DNA of 64,000 nucleotides from Alphaproteobacteria bacterium (GTDB lineage Bacteria; Pseudomonadota; Alphaproteobacteria; CAAHEQ01; UBA3637): NCBI GenBank assembly GCA_045631185.1, contig JAZQUH010000015.1, positions 7,346 to 71,345 of the forward strand, read 5' to 3'. Shown piece by piece: positions 56,690 to 64,000 of this stretch (position 1 is its first letter; each line of letters starts with the position of its first letter). The notes under the pieces were generated by a model. It saw only the letters and a program-made list of their open reading frames with translations, ran no database searches and was not told where the DNA came from. The position numbers and the translations under genes were made by a program.

Positions 56690-57594
56690 TTGACCTCCGT
56701 TCGAATCGCCCAACGCAACTTCGCCGAATGGGCCCGTGAATTATTTTTTAATTCGTTTTCATCGGCCATCACGATTTCTTTTTCGGGCACAATGAAAAAC
56801 TTATCCGTTATTTCTTGGCTTTTGGCATATTTATTTTGGTGTTTTTTCGGGGCAGCATTTTCTTTTAAAAAGTCTTTGACAATTTTATCTTCCAACGAAT
56901 GAAAAGATACCACCACCAAACGCCCCTGTGGTTTTAAAATCCGAATACTGGCATCCAAAGCCCTTTCCAATTCCCCCAATTCATCATTGACATAAATACG
57001 CAATGCCTGAAAAGAACGCATGGCACTGTCCGAACCGTCCTTAGGCCGAGGCATTACCGAATGAATCACCTCAACCAACTGAGCGGTCGTTTGAAAAGGT
57101 CTGTTTTGCACAATTGCTTTGGCAATTCGGCGACTTTGTTTTTCCTGACCATAAGCATACAAAATGTCGGCCAACTCTTTTTCGCCCTTTAAATTAACCA
57201 CATCGGCGGCCGATATGCCCTGCCCGCTCATACGCATATCCAACGGACCATCCAAACGAAACGAAAAGCCCCTTTCGGCACCGTCAATTTGCATGGATGA
57301 AACACCAATATCCAATACAAAGCCGTCCACCGGTTCTTTCACATAATCGGCCACGGATGAAAAACAATCCCCGATAAAGGAAAAGCGATCACCAAATTCG
57401 GCTTTCATTTTTTCCACCATCGGTAAAACGGTTGGGTCACGATCAAAAGCAATCACACGATTTTCGGGATGGGCATTCAAAATAGCACGCGTATAACCAC
57501 CGGCCCCAAAAGTACCGTCCACATAAACACCGCCCTGACACCCTAAACGTGTCAGGACCGAATCCAACAAAACCGGAATATGCAATGGCATCAT
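56686..57594 (-). CDS. rsmH: 16S rRNA (cytosine1402-N4)-methyltransferase
   Basis: HIPVLLDSVL, DGTFGAGGY, SFHSLEDK. Start taken at MMPLHIPVL. Confidence 0.95.
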   Translation of the reverse strand: MMPLHIPVLLDSVLTRLGCQGGVYVDGTFGAGGYTRAILNAHPENRVIAFDRDPTVLPMVEKMKAEFGDRFSFIGDCFSSVADYVKEPVDGFVLDIGVSSMQIDGAERGFSFRLDGPLDMRMSGQGISAADVVNLKGEKELADILYAYGQEKQSRRIAKAIVQNRPFQTTAQLVEVIHSVMPRPKDGSDSAMRSFQALRIYVNDELGELERALDASIRILKPQGRLVVVSFHSLEDKIVKDFLKENAAPKKHQNKYAKSQEITDKFFIVPEKEIVMADENELKNNSRAHSAKLRWAIRTEVK

Positions 57595-57667
57595 CCAAAA
57601 ATCCTTTGTTAAAAACAAAGCTAGCATACTTTTTTATAAAAAGCAATTATCCAATTGTATTTTTTAT

Positions 57668-57697
57668 AACAAAAATCCCCCTTTTTTATCAGGGGGA
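57668..57697 (-). terminator. Rho-independent terminator after fadL
   Basis: Minus strand: TCCCCCT-gataaaaa-AGGGGGA followed by TTTTTGTT. Confidence 0.65.
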
Positions 57698-57717
57698 CTT
57701 TCAAAAGGCCAAATCAA

Positions 57718-58965
57718 TTAAAATTTATATTGATATTGGATGCCCAAAATATGCGATTGCATATTTTTGTATTTAACCTTAACCGATTCTGGGTCGCTGG
57801 CTTCCAAGGCTTTGCCTGTTTTACCAAACATATGGGCATAACCGATATCCAATTGCCAATTGTTTTTCATATAACTGGCCCCGATACTGGTCCACCAACG
57901 GTCATTATCCGGAATACGGATGGTGCGTTTGTTATCGCTGTGGGTCGGACTTTCATCCCAACCAGCACCGAAACGGAAAGTCAGGTTTTTACAATAATAA
58001 TAATCCAAACCGGCCGTTAAAGTCCAGGTATTGTCATAATCATAGTGTGAAACCTTTCTTGCACCTTTTGATGCTAACAATGGAGCGTTTGTATAAACAG
58101 TAAAATCAGGGAAAGATGATGTCCAATGTGTCCAACGGGCCGTTCCCGAAAAACCGACTTTTTTATAACGATGATATCCCGATAATGTGATTGTTTCGGG
58201 TAAATCCGGATTTGCCCAAACATCTGACTTACCATTTAAATTAGGATAACCCGGCACCATATGAGCCAAATTTCCGCTGACATAAAAATCACCTTTGGCT
58301 CGTTGGGCCGAACGTAAACGATAAGATAGACCAAAGCGGGTGTTTTCATTGTGTTCATACATTAAACCAAAGCTGGCAGTTTGGCTCCATGCATGCACAT
58401 CAAAATCGGATTCACCACCGCCATATTTTTTATCAATTGTATTCGTCATTTTGCCATAGATGTAACGCATAATACCGCTGACACCAAAGGACCAATGCTT
58501 GTTCAATTTATAGGCGGCCGAGATATTAAAATCCATAATATCCAATTTGGATAAAACGGCTGTATCGGAAGCAAACCAATCGGCATCATAATCCGTTTTC
58601 AAACCAAACGGCGCATACACACCCATACCCAAAGACCATTTGTCATTTAAATTATATTGGGCGAAAAATTGGGGAATCGGCACCCAAAAATCCATTTTTT
58701 TATGTTGATTGGCGTATCTGGAATCAATACTTTCAACATCTGCATTCAAATTGACAAAGCTTAAACCTGTTTGAATACCCGATCTTTTCATCAAAGTCAT
58801 ACCGGCGGGGTTAAAAGCAATGGCCGAATAATCGTCCCCCATGATACCTTGACCAGCATAAGAACGCCCCAAACCGGTTACAGAATAATCATTTAATTGA
58901 TAACCACCCGCTTGGGCAACGGAAGCCACAAATAAGCCCCCTAAAATAATAGATAATTTCTTCAT
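57718..58965 (-). CDS. fadL: FadL/OmpP1/TodX-family outer-membrane hydrophobic-compound channel
   Basis: Signal peptide ...VASVAQA, GGYQLNDYSVTGLGRSYAG N-terminal hatch motif, C-terminal ...GIQYQYKF. Confidence 0.85.
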   Translation of the reverse strand: MKKLSIILGGLFVASVAQAGGYQLNDYSVTGLGRSYAGQGIMGDDYSAIAFNPAGMTLMKRSGIQTGLSFVNLNADVESIDSRYANQHKKMDFWVPIPQFFAQYNLNDKWSLGMGVYAPFGLKTDYDADWFASDTAVLSKLDIMDFNISAAYKLNKHWSFGVSGIMRYIYGKMTNTIDKKYGGGESDFDVHAWSQTASFGLMYEHNENTRFGLSYRLRSAQRAKGDFYVSGNLAHMVPGYPNLNGKSDVWANPDLPETITLSGYHRYKKVGFSGTARWTHWTSSFPDFTVYTNAPLLASKGARKVSHYDYDNTWTLTAGLDYYYCKNLTFRFGAGWDESPTHSDNKRTIRIPDNDRWWTSIGASYMKNNWQLDIGYAHMFGKTGKALEASDPESVKVKYKNMQSHILGIQYQYKF

Positions 58966-58998
58966 TTTTTTCCTTTGTTTGAATTAAACAACAAAGGC

Positions 58999-59027
58999 AT
59001 CATACATAAATTGTCACAAAAATGCAA
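58999..59027 (-). promoter_or_regulatory. Sigma70-like promoter of fadL
   Basis: Minus strand: TTGCAT, 17 nt spacer, TATGAT. Confidence 0.45.
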
Positions 59028-59050
59028 CAATTTTGTCATAAAAATGTCAT
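59011..59050 (+). promoter_or_regulatory. Two tandem Pho-box-like 18-bp elements (7-bp direct repeats at 11-bp spacing)
   Basis: TTGTCAC-AAAA-ATGCAAC, AATT, TTGTCAT-AAAA-ATGTCAT. The second matches CTGTCAT-N4-CTGTCAT at 16 of 18 positions. Confidence 0.35.
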
Positions 59051-59053
59051 ATT

Positions 59054-59290
59054 TTATTCTTTTTCCACTTCCCTGTATTCCACATCAATCACTTGATGGG
59101 GGCGGATGGGGCCTGTGGCGGACGGGGGAATTTTACCTTTTTCCCAATATTTTTTCATACCGTTGATTGCCCAAATACTTAAAAATACCAACAAAACAGG
59201 AATGGCCAAAATCCACATCAATTGAAATATAAAAATCAAAACAGCCAAAGAAAATAATAAACTGATAAATTGATAAATAAAACGTTTCAT
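59054..59290 (-). CDS. Small two-TM membrane protein downstream of mutS
   Basis: 78 aa. ATGA overlap with the mutS stop. Two hydrophobic helices, then a charged tail. Confidence 0.55.
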   Translation of the reverse strand: MKRFIYQFISLLFSLAVLIFIFQLMWILAIPVLLVFLSIWAINGMKKYWEKGKIPPSATGPIRPHQVIDVEYREVEKE

Positions 59291-61869
59291 TTTAACTCCC
59301 TTTTTAATTGATATAAAATATCCAACGCATCCCGTGGGGATAAGTTATCCACATCCAAAGAACGCAATTTTTTATCCGTTTCGCTTTCCTTTGGGGCAAC
59401 CTTTTCAATGCTGGCAAATAACGGTAAATCTTCAAACAATGGTTTTTGGGCGGCTTTTTTTTCTTCCAACTGATCCAAAACTTGCTCGGCCCGTGTCAAT
59501 ACTTTACCCGGCAAACCGGCCAAGCGTGCCACATGAATACCATAGGAACGATCCACAGCCCCCGGCCCCACTTCATGTAAAAAGACAATTTCACCTTGCC
59601 ATTCTTTCACACGCATGGTATGCAGTGATACACGATTTAACCTTTTATCCAAAGCTGTCAATTCATGATAGTGTGTGGCAAATAAAGCACGTGTTTGATT
59701 GTGGTTGTGCAAATATTCCACCGTAGCCCAAGCAATGGACAAACCGTCAAAGGTGGCTGTTCCACGACCGACTTCATCCAAAATCACCAAAGATTTATCG
59801 GTGGCGTTATTTAAAATGGCCGCCACTTCCACCATTTCCACCATAAATGTGGAACGACCACGGGCCAAATCATCGCTGGCCCCCACACGGGAAAATAACT
59901 TATCCACCAAACCGATAGTAGCACTTTCGGCCGGCACAAAAGACCCCATCTGAGCCAACACAACCATCAAAGCATTTTGACGCAAAAAGGTACTTTTACC
60001 TGCCATATTCGGCCCTGTCAACAACCACAAATTATTATTATCATTCAAATTGCAATCGTTGGGAATAAAGGCTTTATGTTCTTTGGCCAAAGCATATTCC
60101 ACCACCGGATGACGCCCGGATTTAATTTCAAATTCACGCCCATGGGTCAAAATGGGACGGGTCCAGTTTTGTTCCAAAGCCAAATCAGCCAAAGCCACAC
60201 ACACATCCACCGTGGCCAACGCTTTTGTGGCCGATAAAATCGCATCACTTTGGGACAAAATACGTTCACGCAACTGTTCATAAATTTCCAATTCCAAAGC
60301 CACAGCTTTTTCATCGGCGTGTAAAATCTTGGTTTCTAATTCACCCAATTCAACCGTTGTGAATCGCACACAATTGACCATCGTTTGACGGTGAATAAAG
60401 CCCATTTCTTTATTATTGACCAAAGGTGTGGCCAAACGGGCCGGCACCTCAATAAAATATCCCAATAAATTATTAAAGGTGATTTTTAAGTTTTGAATGC
60501 CTGTCTGTTGGCTGTATTTTGCCTGTAAATCCGCCAACATTTTTTTGGCATTTTTCTTCATGTTTTGCAATTCATCCAAATCAGCATGATATCCCGCACG
60601 CACAAAACCGCCGTCACGGGCCAATAAAGGCACTTCATCCAATAAGGCATGCGAAATATCAGTTACCAAAGCGGTATGTTCGCCCATTTGTTTTTTTTGC
60701 CATGTCAAACTGTCAGGCACAAATTCAGCATTTAATTCTGAACGCAAAAGCGGAATCAACTTTAACCCCGAAACAATGGCATGCATATCCCTGGGGCCAC
60801 CACGGGCAACGGATAAACGGGCCAAAGCCCTTTCCATATCAGGTACTTCTTTTAATATATTTTTGGCCTGAATCAACACCAAAGGATTATCTTTAAAAAA
60901 GCCGACCATATCCAAACGCAAATTGATTTGTTCCAAATCCATCAACGGTGTGGATAACCATGTCCCCATCAATCGGGCCCCCGCACCGGTGTTGGTTCTG
61001 TCCAAAACGGACAATAAACTTTTGGCCCCTTTTTCATCCGATAAAGTGGAGGTCAATTCCAAACTGCGCCGTGTGGCACGATCAATTTGCATCAACTGGA
61101 TATCCTGAATTTCATGCACATCATTTAACAGGGGCATTTGTCCTTTTTGGGTGTTATAGATATACTTTAACAATACACCAATGGCCAGTTGTTCACCTTT
61201 GTCAAAGCTGGGATATTTTTGAATCACATCCGAATGTAAAGAAGTATGAAAATCACTGGGGGATAATTGAGTCAATTGACCATAGGCCGTATCCCACACA
61301 AAGCCTTTTTTATCACAAAATTCTTCGGATAAAACCACTTCACTGGCTTCCAATCGGGCCAAAACAGCCCCCAAACCGGACACATCCGTTTTTTGAACAA
61401 AAAAATCGCCCGTGGACATATCCACCCAGGCCACACCCAAATTTAATCCGCCATCGGCCACAGATACCAAATAATTATGTCGGCGTGAATTTAATAAAGC
61501 ATCATCGGTTAAAGTACCGGCGGTGACAATTCTGACGACTTCTCGTTTAACCACCGCTTTATAACCACGCTTTTTGGCCTCAGCCGGACTTTCAACCTGT
61601 TCGCAAATGGCCACTTTATAACCGGCTTTGACCAAACGCACCAAGTAATTTTCATAGGCATGGAACGGCACACCACACATGGGAATCTTTTCCCCCATAT
61701 ATGTCCCACGATAGGTTAAGACGATATCCAATGCCGAAGACGCCTGATAAGCATCCGTAAAAAACAATTCGTAAAAATCACCCATGCGATAAAACAACAA
61801 ACAATCCGGATATTGTTGTTTCGTTTTTAAGTATTGTTCCATCAACGGTGTCGCTTTATCAGATGACAT
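59287..61869 (-). CDS. mutS: DNA mismatch repair protein MutS
   Basis: TPLMEQY, FYELFF mismatch-binding motif, GPNMAGKST Walker A, 860 aa. Confidence 0.98.
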   Translation of the reverse strand: MSSDKATPLMEQYLKTKQQYPDCLLFYRMGDFYELFFTDAYQASSALDIVLTYRGTYMGEKIPMCGVPFHAYENYLVRLVKAGYKVAICEQVESPAEAKKRGYKAVVKREVVRIVTAGTLTDDALLNSRRHNYLVSVADGGLNLGVAWVDMSTGDFFVQKTDVSGLGAVLARLEASEVVLSEEFCDKKGFVWDTAYGQLTQLSPSDFHTSLHSDVIQKYPSFDKGEQLAIGVLLKYIYNTQKGQMPLLNDVHEIQDIQLMQIDRATRRSLELTSTLSDEKGAKSLLSVLDRTNTGAGARLMGTWLSTPLMDLEQINLRLDMVGFFKDNPLVLIQAKNILKEVPDMERALARLSVARGGPRDMHAIVSGLKLIPLLRSELNAEFVPDSLTWQKKQMGEHTALVTDISHALLDEVPLLARDGGFVRAGYHADLDELQNMKKNAKKMLADLQAKYSQQTGIQNLKITFNNLLGYFIEVPARLATPLVNNKEMGFIHRQTMVNCVRFTTVELGELETKILHADEKAVALELEIYEQLRERILSQSDAILSATKALATVDVCVALADLALEQNWTRPILTHGREFEIKSGRHPVVEYALAKEHKAFIPNDCNLNDNNNLWLLTGPNMAGKSTFLRQNALMVVLAQMGSFVPAESATIGLVDKLFSRVGASDDLARGRSTFMVEMVEVAAILNNATDKSLVILDEVGRGTATFDGLSIAWATVEYLHNHNQTRALFATHYHELTALDKRLNRVSLHTMRVKEWQGEIVFLHEVGPGAVDRSYGIHVARLAGLPGKVLTRAEQVLDQLEEKKAAQKPLFEDLPLFASIEKVAPKESETDKKLRSLDVDNLSPRDALDILYQLKRELK

Positions 61870-61891
61870 TTTACTTTCCTTTTTTATAAAA

Positions 61892-63226
61892 TTGTATTAT
61901 ACTGGATTTATGAAAAAAAAGAAAGTAAAAATAAAAAATTATACTTTTAAATTGGCGGCTCGCATCTGGATTATCAACATTCCGGCTGTTTTAATTTTGC
62001 TGTTTTTAATGGTCTTGGGCAAGTTGTCATGGATTTCAGCTCTGGTTTCATTGTTGTGCTTTTGGGCCATCAGTGCCGGTATTATTATCCTGGTTTTTAA
62101 AGATTTAGATAATTTTATCAATTACTTAAACCAATGGACCACCAATTTTGGAAAAGATCAGCCCATTTTTCGCCGAAGCTTATTTTCATCTAATCGCTTA
62201 CTGCGCGCCTTTCAATCCGTTATTCGTATTTGGCAACAACAGGCTTTATCTGATGCCCATATATTGACAAATCTGCCCGACCCGATCATTTTATTGAACA
62301 ATAAAAAACAGCCCGTTTTTTTAAACAAAGTGGCCGAGGGATTGTTTCCTGATAACAACCTGAAAATTCTGATAAAAAACGATCTTTTTAAAAAAGCCTA
62401 TCACAAAATCAAAAAAGAACCTCAAATTTTCGAATGGCAAAACAATGAACGTTTTTTTCAGGTACGATTGGATAAATTACCAGCCCCGACCCAAAAGGGC
62501 GGTGAAGTTGAAGTTTTGTTACACGAAATCACCGATTTTAAGATTTTTCATCAAAAGCAAAATGATTTTTTTGCCAATGCCAGCCATGAACTAAAAACAC
62601 CTTTGGCTGTTATTACGGGCGCGGTTGAAACCTTACAGGGCCCCGCCAAAGATGACCCTAAGGCTCAACAGGATTTTTTATCTTTAATTGCCAACCAATC
62701 CTCGCATATGACAAATTTGGTGCAAAGTCTTTTAAAATTAGCCCGCCAACAAACTGATTTTAGCCCCAAAACAGATGTATCCGTCAATCAGGTGCTGAAA
62801 CAGCTGATACAGGAATTAAAAACAAAAGCCAAAGAAAAAAATCAAATTTTTGTTTTTAAATGTGATAAAAATCAAAGCTGTATTCATGCCAGACAAACAG
62901 ATTTATACCATCTGTTTCAAAATCTGTTAGAAAACGCCGTCAAATACGGTGATAAAAATAAACCTATTCAAATTCAAACAGAACAAAAAAACAAAAAAAT
63001 ATATATTCATATTCAAAATGAAGGACCTGTCATTGAACAAACAGAAATACCACACCTGTTTGACCGCTTTTATCGGGGACAAAAAACAAATCATCAAGTG
63101 GAAGGCAGCGGCTTGGGTTTAAGTATTGCCCAACAAATTATTCAACACTACAATGGCTGTATTGAAGTTCAAAGCTCAAATAAAACAGGAACCATCTTTA
63201 CGGTTGTTTTACCTATTTCAGATTAA
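61892..63226 (+). CDS. Sensor histidine kinase (PhoR-like architecture), no adjacent response regulator
   Basis: Two N-terminal TMs, H-box [14 protein letters not shown]-box LLENAVKY, G2 GSGLGLSIA. The start may be the ATG at 61910. Confidence 0.85.
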   Translation: MYYTGFMKKKKVKIKNYTFKLAARIWIINIPAVLILLFLMVLGKLSWISALVSLLCFWAISAGIIILVFKDLDNFINYLNQWTTNFGKDQPIFRRSLFSSNRLLRAFQSVIRIWQQQALSDAHILTNLPDPIILLNNKKQPVFLNKVAEGLFPDNNLKILIKNDLFKKAYHKIKKEPQIFEWQNNERFFQVRLDKLPAPTQKGGEVEVLLHEITDFKIFHQKQNDFFANASHELKTPLAVITGAVETLQGPAKDDPKAQQDFLSLIANQSSHMTNLVQSLLKLARQQTDFSPKTDVSVNQVLKQLIQELKTKAKEKNQIFVFKCDKNQSCIHARQTDLYHLFQNLLENAVKYGDKNKPIQIQTEQKNKKIYIHIQNEGPVIEQTEIPHLFDRFYRGQKTNHQVEGSGLGLSIAQQIIQHYNGCIEVQSSNKTGTIFTVVLPISD

Positions 63227-63521
63227 AAAATTCTTTTAATAATTCCTGAATTTCTTTTTTCAAATTATCGGGTAAGGCCCCTGCTCTTTTAACCAATTTT
63301 GCCTTGGAAGTGGTACGCATCAAATCCAATGCAATTTGACCGGCTTCCCCTTTTAATTTAACCCCCACACGACACGGAAAAGCACGCTGTACCTTAGTAA
63401 TCGGTGCAATCACAACATACGGCAAAAGCGCATTCATTTCATCAGGTGAAATCACAACACAGGGTTTTGTATGTGTTTTACTTTCATACAAATAAACATC
63501 AAACTTTTTTACCATTCCCAT
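63213..63521 (-). CDS. mazF: PemK/MazF-family toxin (endoribonuclease)
   Basis: FDVYLYES...KPCVVISPDEMNALLPYVVIAPIT... aligns to the MazF/Kid core. Directly follows an AbrB-type antitoxin. Confidence 0.8.
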   Translation of the reverse strand: MGMVKKFDVYLYESKTHTKPCVVISPDEMNALLPYVVIAPITKVQRAFPCRVGVKLKGEAGQIALDLMRTTSKAKLVKRAGALPDNLKKEIQELLKEFFNLK

Positions 63522-63727
63522 TCCCCTTCCGCTTTTATCGGATGTTTAATCAATTCGCTTTGAATCAATTCTTTCCATCCGTGACGATTTTTAACAATCG
63601 GCGATAAAACCACACAACCTTGACGAATATTCAATTCCAGTTCGTTTTCAAAATGACATTCTTTTATAACGGATTGGGGCAAACGCACCCCCATGGAATT
63701 ACCGATTTTAATCAATTTGATTTTCAT
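63509..63727 (-). CDS. mazE: MazE/AbrB/SpoVT-family antitoxin
   Basis: KIGNSMGVRLPQSVIKE swapped-hairpin motif, acidic/Trp C-terminus EGEWEW, 13-nt overlap with the toxin gene. Confidence 0.8.
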   Translation of the reverse strand: MKIKLIKIGNSMGVRLPQSVIKECHFENELELNIRQGCVVLSPIVKNRHGWKELIQSELIKHPIKAEGEWEW

Positions 63728-64000
63728 GAATTATCCCCCTTTAAAATATCCGCTAAGACCATATATAAACGCCCCACTTCCGAACCGATTAAAACCGCCA
63801 ATAAGGGACTGTCAGATGCATTTTCGCTGGCCTGATGTGTCATTTGTTCAAATGTACGCATATAATTGACAACATTGGATTGAAATAAAGTATCTTGATG
63901 AAATAATTGACGAATCTTTTGCGCTTTGGCTGTTTTAATGTTTTGCGCCAAATAACGCATAAAGACCGCTTTATCACCGGCATAGTACTTGCTCCATAAT
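63724..64000 (-). CDS. 3' part of an unidentified CDS continuing beyond the window edge
   Basis: The frame stays open upstream of the tracked Met to the window edge (...LWSKYYAGDKAVFMRYLAQN...). ATGA overlap with mazE. Confidence 0.4.
   Translation of the reverse strand, partial: LWSKYYAGDKAVFMRYLAQNIKTAKAQKIRQLFHQDTLFQSNVVNYMRTFEQMTHQASENASDSPLLAVLIGSEVGRLYMVLADILKGDNS

Noticed and set aside
59344-59354. Perfect DnaA box TTATCCACA (plus near-boxes at ~11285 and ~11330)
   Set aside because: These are isolated hits inside the mutS and cvpA coding sequence. They are explained by GTGGAT (Val-Asp) codon usage and do not form an origin-like cluster.

Overview
All calls rest on hand reading of the sequence and the ORF track. 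No searches, folding or composition statistics were run, and small-feature coordinates were counted by hand.

This is a 64 kb chromosomal segment from an AT-rich alphaproteobacterium. The lineage call rests on four things: a MipZ ATPase, a GAAC-N7-GAAC (alpha-type LexA) box in front of recA, a long FtsZ linker ending in GIPDFFRR, and dnaN-recF-gyrB without dnaA.

Most of the window is housekeeping.
- DNA repair and replication: uvrC, radA, recA, uvrA, mutS, dnaN-recF-gyrB and parC.
- Other core genes: lepA, pgsA, rlmH, cdd, cvpA, mlaEF, mipZ, pgm and an RNase P RNA.
- Cell wall and division: a nearly complete dcw cluster (rsmH-ftsL-ftsI-murE/F-mraY-ftsW-murG-murC-murB-ddl-ftsQ-ftsA-ftsZ). It lacks mraZ and murD, and murE and murF are fused in frame.

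The accessory content is as follows.
1. A visibly lower-GC glycan-modification operon sits next to a small serine recombinase (152-7834). It encodes XRE, a triple-HTH protein, GT2, GT8, a long HAD hydrolase, a DUF115/Maf-like protein and a cytidylyltransferase::RraA-like fusion.
2. Two orphan, cysteine-rich, pilin-leader proteins carry a shared C-terminal lectin-like module (15942-18197 and 25152-26411).
3. The second of these is preceded by a (CA)9 tract inside a small upstream ORF that reads through a hairpin. This is a candidate phase-variable attenuator and I rate it the most interesting signal.
4. A Lon-family (YcbZ-like) protease converges on a trypsin-fold lipoprotein whose catalytic triad is fully substituted.
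5. An unassigned ~160-nt RNA with its own consensus promoter and terminator lies next to rnpB.
6. A MazEF-type toxin-antitoxin pair lies at the right edge.

I found no tRNA, rRNA, CRISPR array or transposase.
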